A stretch of DNA of 64,000 nt, taken from NCBI RefSeq assembly GCF_964213995.1, contig NC_135805.1, forward strand, positions 140,244,001-140,308,000, written 5' to 3'. How positions within the stretch are numbered: position 1 is the first letter of the stretch; each line of letters opens with the position of its first letter. The notes beneath the pieces were generated by a model that was given only the letters and a program-made list of their open reading frames with translations, was not told where the DNA came from and made no database searches. Positions 1 to 13,510 of the stretch are shown here, piece by piece. Made by a program: the position numbers and the translations under genes. Origin of the DNA: Mustelus asterias (taxonomy: Eukaryota).

Positions 1-544
1 GATAAATTGGCATCTGAGCCAGCTACTAAATATTCCAAATCAACAAAGAACCAAACATCGTATCTTAAAACCTCTTTGCTGAGCAAAGGGACTATATTTA
101 ACTTGGGCTGAACAGATCCAAAGGGTTCAAGTCTCAAATAGACAGAGTTCAGAAATTTCCACGACAATCCTATTTAAAAATATTAGTGCACCGTAAAAGA
201 TTATGCACAAAAAAAAACACATACAATATGATGGGGGAATTTATAGTTAACTTGAGGATTTGAAAAGTGATAGTCGCCATCAACCCCAAAACTGAGAACC
301 TTTAGTAAGAGCAATATAAAGCTTCACAGCTGGACAGATACACAAACCCTTAGTGTCCACTGATCACAAATTAAAGTAAAAACATAAATGACAGGAGCCC
401 TTAAATATATTTTTAAAACTTTTTAAAAAACATATACATTATCAGTTGCAATTCTAACCCAAACATCACCACCACCCACCCCAAGCAAAAGGAATCAGAA
501 AGTTACTTCAAATGTCTAATTTAGATTAAATTGAAAGGAAGTAC

Positions 545-665
545 TTAAAGCAGTTCTCTTCATAGATGCTGTTCCACACTCTCCAAGCTGATGATCCCCT
601 ATATCCTGTGTAACGCTCTGGATTCAGGAGAAGATCCATATATTCAGCATCAGGCGATAACTCAT
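545..665 (-). CDS. ERO1B: ERO1B coding exon 7 (121 bp): (D)[39 protein letters not shown](K)
   Basis: Manual translation gives the Ero1 signature [20 protein letters not shown]. Acceptor tctctacAG at 666-667, donor GTactt at 544-543. Phase 1 in, phase 2 out, matching exon 6. Confidence 0.96.
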
Positions 666-940
666 CTGTAGAGAGACATTATTTTCACTTTCAGGAAATA
701 ATGCTTAGTTTATTTACAGATAAGAAGAAACACATGAGGCGAGTCAGCATTTATGAATGAGAAAGACAAATTTTTGACATTTCTGCTGGGAGTGGTGTGT
801 GTACCCTTCATCGGAACAAAGACAACTTGCTAAGTTTAGAAAGAGAGGAAACTAATTAACAAACGTCAATTGTAGCAAGGAGGTTAAATATATTGAGTAA
901 CCCAGGAACTGCTTATAAAAGGCAAGTGAAGAAATGCAAA

Positions 941-1269
941 ATCATAGAATCCCTACAGTGCAGAAGGAGGCCATTCAGCCCATCAAGCTTGCACCGACTC
1001 TGACAGAGCATCTTATCCAGGCCTTATCCCTATAATCCCATGTATTTACCTTGCTAATTCCCCTAACCTACACATCTTGGGACATTTAAGGAGCAATTTA
1101 GCATGACCAATCAACCTAATCTGCACACCTTTGGAGTGTAGGAGGAAACCCGAGTAAACCCATGCAGACATGGGGAGAACGTGCAAACTCCACAGAGACA
1201 GTTACCCAAGGCTGGAACTGAACCCAGGTTCCTGGCACTGTGAGGCAGCAGTGCTAACTTGTGCCACCC
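941..1269 (-). mobile_element. HE1-type tRNA-derived SINE with CR1-type tail
   Basis: tRNA-like head with A/B boxes, central GGAGTTTGCACGTTCTCCCC..GGGTTT domain, tail ...CTGCACTGTAGGGATTCTATGA. Confidence 0.85.
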
Positions 1270-2539
1270 AAAGAAAATAGACACAAGAATGTGCAAATCA
1301 ATCAAAAGCACAAAAAAAAGACAAGGATAAAAAAATGTGGGGATGGTGGGCAAAGAAGAGATGAAGAAGAAAAATTGAAAATGCAAAAGTTGCATTTAAA
1401 CAAACGAAGTTGAGAAAACACAACGGGTCTGTCAGGCCTGCAAAAAAATGTTCACACCACAGACCCAGACCTCAGGCACAAACTTACTGGCTCACTAAAT
1501 TGGTTGATTGGCAGGGTGAACTGGTAAGATTGCGTGCAAGGCCTAAAACCCCAGTTCGCATCCTTGCACACAAGGATGTTTTGACAGCGAGATTGGCCTT
1601 GCCTGCAGAAAGGGCGCAAACTCTTATTTGCACGAGGGGAGGGAAATCGGAGGCTATTGAAGCTCCTGGCCTCTGTGAAAGGGATCCATCGGGAAGGTCT
1701 TGATCCCCCGGGAGCTGATGCGTGCATGCATGCCGTGCATGATTGGGGGTGGGTTGGTGGTTTGGGAGAAGGCCTCCCAGTTCACCGGGAGATCAGGGCA
1801 CCGTGTGCAATGGCCCGAGCGCTCTGAAGCTAGCTTCACTGACGTGCTTAGGCTATGCGACCCCCACCCCCCCCAGTGCAAATCTTTCTGCTGTCAGAAA
1901 AACAGACAAGAGTGTAGGAAAATTGCAGTGCCAAACTCGCCTAAAAAAACCCAGGTGTGGGCACACTTCCGTTTTCAAACCTTTATGACACTTAGAAATT
2001 TTTTGAGAAGATTGCACTGTACTCTGACAAATGATCCCTGCCTCCACTTGCCCCTCCTTCCAGAACGTGTGCTGAATTCACCGGATACAACATTGGAAGC
2101 GAAGACAGATTAGATGAGGAATTAAAATAACAAGTCACATGGAGGTCAGGGTTTTGCAGACCAACTAACAAGGTCACCTAATTAATTGGTTTGCTTTCCC
2201 ACTGTAGAATAGTAAAGAGAGTATAGCAGCTCACCTCCAACCAAAACAAATTCTTTCAGAGTTTACAATGAGATGTATTCTTCCAGATATTGACCCGGGT
2301 ACAATTTATTTTTATCACTTTATGTACTTTACAGATTACTCTCCAGTGTTCAGTTCATGTTGCAACTCCTCAGATAATGCTGCATGCAGGCACGGACTGT
2401 TTCAAGACTTGCACAATATTTAGGATTGGGCTGATGGGCTTTGCCTGGTGCTTGCCACCTAACTCCAACAAGGCAAGAGTCTGACAACTTGCCCTTGGCC
2501 TTCAACAACATTCCCATAGTTAAATGCGGTAATGACAAG

Positions 2540-3020
2540 AAACTCTCAGGGGCAGCGACATAAATGCAACGGCTACAAGAGATCAGGTGGTGAATGATTG
2601 ATCAACTGACTCCCCAAAGCCTTTCCACCATCTACAAGACAAATCAGAACTGTAAAGAAACATTCTCCACTTGCCTAGATGAGTGCAATTCCATGACATT
2701 TAAGAAGTTTGGTGCCAGCCAGGACAAAACATCCGTCATCTTATGCACTTACTCCCTTTACCAAGAGCATAACGTGGCTTCGGAGAGTGTGCCATCTACA
2801 AGAGGCACTGCAACAATTCACCAAGGATTCATCAACCAAACTAGTGTCTTCTACTGCCTATAATATGGGCAATGGCAGCAGGCACATGGAAGCTCCAAAC
2901 TTGGAAATATAATGCCTTTCCTTGGTCTTTGCTGGAAAAAGCCTGGAACTCTCAAATTAACAGCACTGTGGGAATATATTCAACATACATACTGTGGTAG
3001 TTTACGAAGGTGGCTGATAT
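2540..3020 (+). mobile_element. Degenerate 3' fragment of an old CR1/L2-group LINE
   Basis: Homologous to 9120-9760 and to the reverse complement of 4060-4700 (ccatctacaag..ctccacttgcctggatgag..). Confidence 0.65.
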
Positions 3021-4904
3021 TCAACAATTTCTCTGATTTTGTTTCGAGCGTGTAAGAAATTTCTTTAAGTGTGTGGCCTCTATGAATTTGCTTTGCAAAA
3101 AAATGAAAATCAAGGGCAGAACCTCATCAAGAGTTCTCTTTAAAAACAGAAATCAAGGTAGTAATGACAAGAGATCTGGATTGGGTAATGAATGGGCATA
3201 ACCTCCACCCAGTGGCATAAAGCGATGGCCTGGATTACAACAGCGTAAAGCACACTTTATCACTCTTCGATGAATCCTTCGCTGGTTGGAGCTGCTTGTA
3301 GCCTGCAATAATAAAATCCCCAAAGGCCACAGCACAATGCAACTCCTACTAACCCTACTATTTCAGATAAAGCTCGGCACAACATCGTGGGCCGAAGGGC
3401 CTGTTCTGTGCTGTACTATGTTAACCCAGAGGCTACACTCCCCTTTTTTAACCACACTGTGCTGGGAAGCAGGTAGATTTGGGCCTGGTGAAACTGATGG
3501 GCCAGGGAAAAGGCAAGTGCATGGAATTTGGGAGGTCTGTGCAGTTGGAAGAATCCTGTGGGGGTACGGGGTTAGGTATACACTAGAGGTTGATTAGTCG
3601 GAGGGATGAGGAGGTGCCTCGTGTAGGGCTCAGTCTGGGTTTTACAATAGTTATCTTTTTTATTCGTTCCAACTCTTTCAGAGTAACTATTGGCATAAAA
3701 CTGGCAGAACCATCCGAAGTTAGCTATTTAAATCGCTTTGTCGGATGGTCCCCAGCACACTGCAATCGCCAAGGGAAGTTAGCACTTATGGACATTTGTC
3801 ACGCAATGCCTTACTTGGGAACTTCAGCAAAGGATTCCGCAGTGTATCTTTGGGGTGTCCCCCAAATCCTGGCTGAGGAGCCAGGAAGTTGCTGTCATTA
3901 AGCTTGAGGGAGAATTGACTTTAACTTTTATACTGTTGAAACAAAGTCCCTGGATTAATGTAAATCTTGACTGATTTTACTTCAACTATCTTCAGATGTA
4001 GATGCTAACACCATATCTGTCCCTTCTAACAATTTAGTCAGTCCTATTGACAAAACAATCCATGGGATGAGTGTGCCATGGACAAGGTCAGCATTTCTTG
4101 TCCATTCCTAATTATCATTGAAAATATGGTGGAGAGCCCTATCCAGAGTGCTGCAGTCCATCTGTTGTAGGTACAGCCACTGAGACTTTTAGTGAGGAGT
4201 TTCAGGATTTTGACCCAATGGAGGAACAGCAATATAGTTTCAAGTTAGGATTGTGTATGGCTTGGATAGGAACGGCAGATGGTGGCACTCCCATATGTCT
4301 GCTGCCCTTGTTGTTGTAGGTGGTAGAGATTGCAGGTTTGGAAGATGCTGTGGAAGAGGTTTAGTGAGTTGATGCAGTGCATGTTATAAATGCTACACAC
4401 TACTGCCACTGTACCAGTGATGGAAGGAGTGAATGGTGTCCCAGTTAAGCAGGCTGCTTTGCCCTGGATAGTGTCGATCTTTGAGTGTTGTTGGAGTCAC
4501 ACTCATCCACGCAAGTGCACAGTATTCCATCATATTCCTGACATGCCTGGTAGATGACGGTACATGTTTTGGAAAGTCAGGAGGCAAGTTACTCACTTCA
4601 GAATTCCCACTATCTGACCTGCTCTCGTGGTCACAGTATTTATATGGTTGGTCCAGTTTAGCTTCTGGACAATGGTGACCATCAGAATGGTGACAATGGG
4701 AACTCAGTAATTTTAATGCTTTTGAATGTCAAAGATGATGATTAGATTCTCTTGCTGCAAATGGTCATTGCCTGGCAACTTGTGTGCAAGACACAAACGT
4801 TACTTGCCACTTCCCAAGCCCGAATGTTGTCCAGGTCTTGCTGCATGCTAGACTGCTTCATTATTTGAGGTGTTGAAAGTGGTATTGAATACTATGGAAT
4901 CATA

Positions 4905-5201
4905 CTATGGAAATGTCTGTTACGAGAGGACACAGGTTTAAGGTGCTGGGGGGTAGGTACAGGGGAGATGTTAGGGGTAAATTTTTCACACAGAGGGTGG
5001 TGGGCGAGTGGAATCGGCTGCCGTCAGTGGTGGTGGAGGCGAACTTAATAGGGTATTTTAAGGGACTCCTGGATGAGTACATGGAGCTTAATAGGATGGA
5101 GAGTTATAGGTAGGTCTAGAAGGTAGGGATGTGTTCGGCGCAACTTGTGGGCCGAAGGGCCTGTTTGTGCTGTAGTTTTTCTATGTTTCTCTATGTTTCT
5201 A
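4905..5201 (+). mobile_element. Young CR1 LINE 3' end
   Basis: ORF TRGHRFKVLGGRYRGDVRGKFFTQRVVGEWNRLP and a (ctatgttt)n-like tail. Same subfamily as 29509-30525. Confidence 0.9.
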
Positions 5202-6076
5202 TCCCCACTTCTGACTGACTTTATGATGGAGCATCTGAAGATTGTTGGGCCTAGAACACTACCCGGAGGAGCTCCTAGAGTAATGCTCTGGGCCTGGGCT
5301 GCTTGGCCTCCAACCACCACAAACATCTTGCACTGTGTTAGTTGTGACCCCAGCCTGTGCAGAGTTCCCCACTGCAGATCCCATCAGAGTTCTAAAATGC
5401 TACATTCAGTCAAATTCTGCCTTGATGACAATGGCAGTCGCCAACCTCTGGAGTTCTGCTCTTTTGACAATGTTGGACCAATGTAGTTATATGGCCAAGA
5501 GTTAAATGACCCTGGCAGAATCCTAATCTGATAAGCAGGTCACTGCTGTGCAAGTGCCATTTGATAGCACTCAGCGAAACCTTCCATCACAATACCAATG
5601 ATGACGTTATCTGATGGGGTGCAAATTGGCCAGCTTAGATTTGTCCTGCTTTTTTTTGGAGATGACATAATTCAGCAATTTTCCAATTGCCGGATTGATG
5701 CCAGTGTTGTTGCTGTTCTGGAAAAAGTTGGCTAGGAGTGTAGCTAGGTCTGCTGTATAGCTGGAATGTTGTCAAGGCCCACAGATTTTATTGCAGCCAG
5801 TGCATCAGCAGTTTCCTGATACCACATGGAGTGAATCAAGTTGGCTGAAGACTAGATCTACAATTCTGGGGATCGGAGGAAGAGACTGAGATGCATCATC
5901 CATTCGGCACTTCTGGCTGAAGACGATTGCAAACATGGCAGTCTTGTCTTTTGCACTGATAAACTGCGCCCCACTAACATGGAAAATGGAGATATGTGGA
6001 ACCCTCATCCTGTTACTTGTTCAATTGTCTACCAGCATTCAGGACTGATGTGACAGGACTGCAGAGCTTTAATCTG

Positions 6077-6350
6077 GGGGCGGCACAGTGGCTAGCACTG
6101 CTGCCTCACAGTGCCGGGGATCCGGGTTCAATTCCAGCCTCGAGTCACTGCGTGCGTGGAGTTGCACGTTCTCCCCGTGTCAGCATGGGTTTCTTCTGGG
6201 TGCTCCGGTTTCCTCCCACAGTTCAAAGACGTGCTGTTTAGTTGCATTGACCCGAATTGGTGTCAGAGTGTGGCGACTAGGAGAATTTCACAGTAACTTC
6301 ATTGCAGTGTTAATGTAAGCCTTACTTATGACTAATAAAAATAAATAAAA
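6077..6350 (+). mobile_element. tRNA-derived SINE, type 2 (HE1-like head, different tail)
   Basis: Same head as HE1. Tail CACAGTAACTTCATTGCAGTGTTAATGTAAGCC..TAATAAA. Flanked by an aatctg repeat. Confidence 0.85.
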
Positions 6351-7580
6351 TCTGAGGAGTTGGCTGTGGGATTGCTGATCACATGCTGCTTTTGCTACTT
6401 AGCATGTATATAGTCCTGCATTGCACCTTTAACAGGTAGCCACCTCATTTTTAGGTATACCTGGTGCTGTTTCTGGCATGCTCTATTACACTCCTCATTT
6501 AATCAAGGTTGATCTTCTGCCTTGATGACAATGGCAGAGTGAAGGATATACCGGGCCATGACATTAGATTGCAAATACAATTCCATTGCTGCTGATGGCT
6601 CACAATGCCTCATATATACCCAAATTTGAACTACTAGATCTGTTCTGAATCATTTAATATTTTGATAGTGCCACACAACACAATAGAGGGTGTCCTATAT
6701 GTCCAATAGAAGACGGGACTTCATCTCAACAAAGACTATCTGGTGACCATTCTTACCAATGCAGTGATGGATAAATGCATCTGCGACAGGCAGTTTGTTG
6801 AGGATAAGGTCAACTGATCTTTTCCTTTTGTTGATCCCTCACTACCTGCTACAGACCAGAGTATGGCATATATGACTTTCAGGACTTGGTCAGCAGTGGT
6901 GTTACTGAGTCACTCTTCTACTGTAGCTCCCAATTGAGTACATTCTGTGTGTTGCTACCATCAGTGCTTCCTCCAAGTGGTGTTGAACATGAAGGGCAGA
7001 TAGGAGGTGGTATATCAGCAGGAGGTTTCCTTGCCCATCTTGACCTTATGCCATGAGATGCCTTGGGGCCCAGAGTTAATGCTGAGGACTCCCAGGGCAA
7101 TTCCCTCTTAACTGTACACCACTGTGATTGCTGATAGAAAGATTTGTTCATAATAGAGAATACAAATGGAAAAACAAAACCCATATTTAAAATTGCAGTA
7201 TCTCATAGCACTGTTCACTGGGAATCAAAGCATTGTGTAATCTTCAGACAAGTGTGCTCAGACAGCGAGGGGTAATTGGACTCGGGCATGCAAATGAAAT
7301 TCAGTTCTCAATTTAAAATCACACATTAAGAATGGAAATTGCACATGTAAATGTCTCAGGCTGGAATCAGACCATGCTGCCAGTGGTGCTGGTGATCAAC
7401 AGTGTCTGGAAACTAGCCAAATACAGGGATCAATTAGAGTCAGTTCTTTTAACCACTGATTATTATTGAGCATTTGCAGTGCTTTTGTTTAAACTTCATT
7501 TAATTATTAAATATATTTACATAATATAGTCTGGAATTCTTAAACATAAATGCAACACCAGAATGTCACAAGATCCTTAC

Positions 7581-7654
7581 CATCAAGTTCACAAAAATGG
7601 TCTTGTGCATCATCGTATCTTGCCCAATCAATGAAAGCTTCTTTTGTTTGGTTA
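7581..7654 (-). CDS. ERO1B: ERO1B coding exon 6 (74 bp): (S)[24 protein letters not shown]
   Basis: Closely matches human ERO1[25 protein letters not shown] as recalled. ccttAG acceptor, GTaag donor, phases 2/1 fit the neighbouring exons. Confidence 0.96.
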
Positions 7655-8647
7655 CTAAGGACAAAAGAAGAGTGATTTTGTACAGGAATATAAACATGTC
7701 AACCAAGCACTACATTATAATACCACTTACACATACAACACATCATAAGTCTAGTTAATTGCCTCTGATGTTGCAGAATCAAATTGATGAATACAAGTTT
7801 TATTTTTAGAATATACTTTTCCAACTGTGTTGCTGCCTTGTAAGTGTTAGAACCTCACTTCATAGGACTATTTAAAATGGCCAAAGCATGCGACCACCCC
7901 GCGATAGTGGACAGAGAAATTTAATAGGAAATATTGACACACAAGAATGACCAAAAACCTCAATGGAGTATGGTTTGTTGACAGGAAACGTGCATCATAT
8001 GCAAGAGGTTATAATAAAACAAAAACAAATACGGCAGATGCTGGAGATCTGTATCCAAGAAAATACTGGAAAAACTTCAGGCATCTGTGGAGAGAGAAAC
8101 AAATGTTGTTATCTCTGCTTCTCTCTCCAGAGGTGCTGCCAGACCTGAGATTTTCCAGTAATTTAAGACACAAGAGCATTAGAGGTATAAAGACAACGTT
8201 AGAAGCAAAGGATGCTAATGCAGGAGTGAATAAATGCAGTAAAATCCCAATGTAAAGTTAAATAAATAACAAACAAGATGATGTTAAACAGCAGTACATA
8301 CTCCTTTTCATTCACTCGATATGGGAATGGGAGAGCATGCAGAGAGCACAACTGATGCTTTTGTATTTAACAAATAAGTACGAATACGTTCTGCAGTGGC
8401 TGCATTTTCCTGAACGCTCAGTCCACTTTCCAGATTTTCAAAGTTATTTAATATCGGATACCAACGCCAAGTCATGATGGGCAGTGACCAGAGCTCGTGT
8501 TTCCCTGGGCTCCCTTTCTCCAGTGACATGTGGAAAATGTTGTTTCAAGAAACGCTATTCCTGTACTCAGACAGATTTTTAAGACTTTTTAAATCTTGAA
8601 GATAAATGAAATGTTGTGTAATTTTAAAAGCATTAAATATACACAAT

Positions 8648-8761
8648 GGCCAGAATTTTACCAGCACACCTGCCCCGATTCGGCTCGTAGAATGGAATTC
8701 TCTGTTGGCCTTGGGCAGGATTTTACAAGTCTTGCCCAAGCGGGGTCATAAAATCCCGGCC
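8648..8761. mobile_element. 114-bp MITE, PIF/Harbinger-like
   Basis: Imperfect TIRs GGCCAGAATTTTAC / ATAAAATCCCGGCC, with a 3-bp AAT duplication on both sides (8645-8647, 8762-8764). Confidence 0.65.
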
Positions 8762-9119
8762 AATAGCACCTTGGTTTCTGTTGGCACATTTGTGCTGAAA
8801 TAAGGACGTTTTTAATATCGCAATGTGGAACTGAAAGTGAAGTTTGCAGGGCTATTCATTTCAATTTCATATGTCAAAAGCTTTCAAGGTTTCTAAATGC
8901 CGGTAATACTTCGGGTCTGTTCAGCAGTAAAAATAGTACAGAAGTTGGATCAGAAGCCTCTTTGTCAGCACCTCGCTTTACATTTACTGCAAAAATGTTT
9001 TAAGCTGTGTACTTTTTAACCTTTGTTTGAGAGACTAAACAAAAATAATTGATTTCAAAATTTTTTTTAAAAATCTGCACACTCAAAGTGTACAAACTAT
9101 TGACATCTTTATGCAAAAG

Positions 9120-9760
9120 TAGCCATTGACCAGAAACTAAATTAGACTTGCCATACAAGTATGTGGCACTACAATAGCAGGTCAGAGGCTAGGAATTGCG
9201 TGGCAAGTAACTCTCCTCCTGACTTCCCAAAGCCTGTGCACCATCTACAAGGCACAAATCAAGAGCATGATGGAATACTCTCCACTTGCCTGGATGAGCG
9301 CAGGTCCAACTCAAAGCTCAATGCCATCGAGAGAAAGCAGCCCGCTTGACTGGGACCCCAATCCACATGCATTCACTCCCTCCACCACTGACACAGTGGC
9401 AGCAGTGTGTAGCATCTACAAGATGCACTGCAGCAATTCACCAAGGCTCCTTAGACAGCACCTTCCAAACCCACATCCTCTACCATCTAGAAAAACAAAG
9501 GTAGCAGATGCATAGGAAAACTACATTTGGAAGTTCCCCTCCAAGTGACACACATCCTGATTTGGAAATGTATTGTCATTCCGACATGGTCGCTGGGTCA
9601 AAGTCCTGTTTCGCCCTCTCTAACAGCACTGTGGCGCACCTCTACCACATGGACTGCAATGGTTTCAGAAGGCATTTCACCACCACCTTCTCAAGGGCAA
9701 TTAGACATGGGCAATAAATGCTGGCCTAGCCCGCATGCCCACTCTCCCTGAACAAATATA
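9120..9760 (+). mobile_element. 3' fragment of the old CR1/L2-group LINE
   Basis: ORF remnant MMEYSPLAWMSA..AAVCSIYKMHCSNSPRLLRQHLPNP. Tail CAAGGGCAATTAG..GGGCAATAAATGCTGG. Confidence 0.75.
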
Positions 9761-9915
9761 AAAACTGCTGCATCTTTTTATAGCAAATAGTGGGCAATGG
9801 GAGTTGGGTGGTGGGAATCAACAGGATTCTGCTAAAATCAGAACCACAGCTAATCTCATTAAGGTTAGCACAAATAAAACTACAGCAGGCTAAACCACTG
9901 AATTAATAACCTCAC

Positions 9916-9998
9916 CTCAATGTGCTGTTGACAGCTCCAAGCTTATTTGCTTTCTCACAGTCTTGCAAATCTTCGACTGTATTTGCTTCCACAGAATA
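9916..9998 (-). CDS. ERO1B: ERO1B coding exon 5 (83 bp): YSVEANTVEDLQDCEKANKLGAVNSTL
   Basis: Matches ERO1B ...EDCEQANKLGAINSTL including the regulatory Cys. ttttAG acceptor, GTgag donor, phases 0/2. Confidence 0.95.
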
Positions 9999-10425
9999 CT
10001 AAAACAAAAATCAGCAAATTAACCAAGCGTCTGGAACAAAATCTAAATTGACTACACTTACTGCAAAAACTGAAAATATAATTCTGTAATCAGTTTAATA
10101 TGTAAAAGTTTCAGGATAAAAACACATTTTTCATTTCAGATTGTTTTTTAAAATCAGAAAATAGTAAAAATGATGGGCATTTTCACATACATATTAAAAG
10201 CATTTGAAGTACAAATACAGGGATTTGTTTATTCTATGTTATTTTGGCACTTGTGCAAAAGTTTGCATATGTATAGAGATCATTTGTTATTTTAAAAACT
10301 TTAATCATTTATCCTTACATTGCCATGCGCTTAACTATCATGCCGAGCCCTTTGTACAAATGGTCAGGCATAAAGGTCAACTCAAATATATTTACATGAA
10401 TTATTTTTACTAGATATCAGCTTAC

Positions 10426-10467
10426 CTTGTTGTAATTAGCTGCTTTAATTCCAATTGGAATCTCACT
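10426..10467 (-). CDS. ERO1B: ERO1B coding exon 4 (42 bp): SEIPIGIKAANYNK
   Basis: Matches ERO1B SKIPVGIKAGHSNK. tttttAG acceptor, GTaag donor, phases 0/0. Confidence 0.93.
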
Positions 10468-11157
10468 CTAAAAATGAAAACAATGTGTTAAAATAGATAA
10501 CTGCTAAAACTGAAATTAGCTCTTCATGAAGGTCCCCATGACATGCCAAGGAAACTATTGGACCAATTGCTTAACTTAACTTGTTACTTCTCGTTTACTC
10601 TACTTCAGATTAGGGCAATTATATTTAAACAATTTATTTGATTTAATTTAACTGAGGATTATGCTGGCTGTTGTGCTACAACCTCTTCTCCAGCTTACCT
10701 GCTCACCAAAGCCCGCTGGTCAGCCCCTTCAGGTCCCTTTACTTTTGCTGCCCACTCTTGCTCCCTTTGCTCAACTTGAGAGCTCTGTTTCATTAATATG
10801 CTATCTGACTACGTCGCTATTTCAAATCTTCTGCTTGCTTCCATGTTTCTTGGGTACCCAGACTGCGAGTAAGACATAACAATCAGATTTCTAAGCTTTG
10901 AGGAAGGGGCTATCATGCAACATTTGGGAAATGTTTGTACATTCACATGCAAATCTCACTGAATGGCAGAACAAGATCGAGGAGCTAAATTGCCTGTACT
11001 TACAACTATGTTTTGAGTGCTGCTACTATATATATATGGTTCAAGATTTGCGATCCAAGTGCTTCCTTTGCAAAATCCTGCACAACAATTTCTATTTAAT
11101 ATAAAAATATTGACACCCTGATCAAACAATTTCTGTATAACATCTCCAGACACTTAC

Positions 11158-11241
11158 CTCAGAGCAAGGCTTTACATGGCAGTCCTTAATCGAGCAGTGT
11201 CCATCGTCTAACCAGAAAGGACAAGGCCTCTTCAAATTAAC
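11158..11241 (-). CDS. ERO1B: ERO1B coding exon 3 (84 bp): [28 protein letters not shown]
   Basis: Contains the outer active-site loop CSIKDC, which is ERO1B-type (ERO1A has CGRRDC). AG acceptor, GTaag donor, phases 0/0. Confidence 0.97.
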
Positions 11242-11429
11242 CTATTAAACAAAGTATACGCTAATATAATCAGCATATGTCTAAACATTTATATTTAAAT
11301 ATGTAGGAACATTTACAAGGCTATGTGGAAAGAACAGAAGAAGCGAGAGATTAATTGGATAGATCTTTCAAAGAGCAGAATGGCTATAACAATCTTTAAG
11401 GCCATCCCAAAGTAATAATTTGGCCTGAA

Positions 11430-11870
11430 TGGTCAGCTGTGGCTGTGTGGGTAATACCTGCGTCTCAGAAGACTGTAGGTTTAAGTTATACTCTGTAGAC
11501 CATAGCACAAACAAAATCTAGGCCAACACCCCATCAGTCCTGAGGGAGTGACAGCAGCTCTGATTGTGTATTTTTTGGAATAGAAGTTAAACTGAGGTGG
11601 ATATAAAAGATTCCATGGCATTATTTTTAGGAAGAGCAGCAGGGGCATTATCCCAGTTGTCCAGACTAGTATTTCCTTCTCAAACAACATCACAAAAATA
11701 TATCGAGTCATTGCCTCATTGCTATTTGTGGCAGCTCGCGGTCTGCAAAATGGCTCCTGTGTTTCCTACATGACAACAGTGATTACACTTTAAAAGTACT
11801 TCATTGGCTATAAGTATTTTGGGATACCCTGTGGTCATGAAAGGTGCTACAAAAATACAAGCCTGTTGGT
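11430..11870 (+). mobile_element. DeuSINE-family relic (SacSINE1/AmnSINE1-like)
   Basis: Deu-domain-like blocks GTGGATATAAAAGATTCCATGGCATTATTT, CTCATTGCTATTTGTGG..TGCAAAATGGCT..TTTCCTACATGACAACAGTGA..AAGTACTTCATTGGCT. Weaker relics near 24860-25190, 47510-47630 and 50380-50620. Confidence 0.7.
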
Positions 11871-12059
11871 CTTTTGTTTTTTTAAATAATGAATGGGTGG
11901 GGCACAGTTGATGTAAGCAGGATATTTCTACTTGTGGGAGAATTTAAAATAAATCCAAGATGATGACTAATAAATTCAGTAGGGAAATGAGGAGAAACTT
12001 CTTTACTCTGTGCAGAATGTGGAAATCGCTATCATAAGTGGCTGAGCCAAAGAGCTTAG

Positions 12060-12760
12060 ATGCATTGGACACTGACAGCCATGACACATGTGGATTCTTC
12101 AGTGCACTCGAGACCATTTACAGCCCAAGCACCTATTCCACGGAGAACTACGAACAGTGTGATGCTTCAAGTAGAGAGAGGCAGTCAACGCTCATTAAAA
12201 GGAGCACTTCAAGAATCTCCTTAACAGTGACTCAGTCCTTAACATGAATACCCTCGACCACATTCCAAAGCACACTATCCACTACCACCTCAGCACAATC
12301 CCAGCCCAGCATGAGGTTGAAAGGCCAATTGACAGCTAAAAACTAATATGACTGGCAGCATAGATGCTTCCTCAAAATCCTGCAAGTTCATCCATATGCC
12401 TAATGCAAGATTCCTAAACAATGTCTCTACTCAGCTTCATCAAATAAGCAGTTACCAGGAGGAGGGAGGAAATGTTTCAGGGATGTCCATAAAGCCTCCC
12501 TGAAAAAAATGCAACATCCCCACTGATCAGTGGGAATCCCTTACTCGAGACCACCCAAATTAGAGAAGCAGCATCTGCGAAGGTGCCAATTATTGAGTGT
12601 CTTTGACAGACCCAAGTGGAGGCCAAGTGTACCAAACTCAGCTTCTCAGTCACCCATTTCATTAAACACTACTTGTCCCACCTGTGGCAGTGTGGATCCA
12701 GCAATGGACATTTTAGTCATCACAGGATCCACAAACCCAGATTGCAAGAAATTCATCAAC
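12060..12760 (+). mobile_element. Degenerate RTE-like LINE fragments
   Basis: ORF remnants DSHDTCGFFSALETIYSP and a C-terminal CPTCG motif. Heavily deleted. Confidence 0.5.
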
Positions 12761-13009
12761 ATCCTGAGGAACTGTCTAAGAGATGCACTGAAAAGAAAAC
12801 CAGATGAGTACATTAGAGAAAGATATGCTGCAAAGCTGAGAGGAGGCAAATGGGTGGAGACTGGTGTGGAGTAAAAAGACCAGCAAAGTTGGGCCAAATG
12901 GCATGTTGTGTATTCTATGTAACTCTATAACCTCCTTCTGTTTCAGAGTCATTTACAGCATAGAATGAGACCACTTGGGCCGTCAAGTCCAGACCGTTTG
13001 TCTGTAGAG

Positions 13010-13510
13010 CAATCTGACGTTGGAGTATTACATACAGTTTTGGTCACTGTATAAGAGGGAGAATGTGATCATCGTATAAAGTGGAAAAAGGAGATTCACA
13101 CGGATGTTGTCAGGACTGGAGAAGTTTAGCTATGAAGAAAGATTAGAGATACAGGATCTTTTTCCTTTATAACCTAGATAAGACCGAGGGAAGATTGAAC
13201 TCGGGTGATAAGGAATCTAGATGGAGTGGATTTAAAGAACCCATTTCCATTACCTGAGAAGTTAATAACAGGCATTTTTTGAAAGTAATTGGTAGAAGGA
13301 TTAGATGGGAGTTGAGGTAGTGAACATATGGAACTCACCACCTGAAAAGGATGGGAGAGGCAGAAATGCTCATCACATTTAAAAATACTTGAATATGTGT
13401 CAGAGGTATTAGGGCTATGAACCAAGAACTGGGAGGCGGGTGGGATTAGACCGAGAGCAACTTTTCAGCCGGCATAGATGAGATTGGTCTCCTACACATA
13501 AATTTTTATG
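13010..13510 (+). mobile_element. Degenerate CR1 3' fragment
   Basis: ttggagtatt..cagttttggtc..gagattcacacggatgttg..agctatgaagaaagattag pattern of the CR1 ORF2 C-terminus. Confidence 0.65.

Larger units (their letters stand above)
4060..7130 (-). mobile_element. Old CR1/L2-group LINE, degenerate, interrupted by a young CR1 3' end and a SINE
   Basis: RT remnants GAPPGSVLGPTIF and MMEYCALAWM in minus-strand ORFs. The 3' end near 4090 matches the tail of the 9120-9760 copy. Confidence 0.7.
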
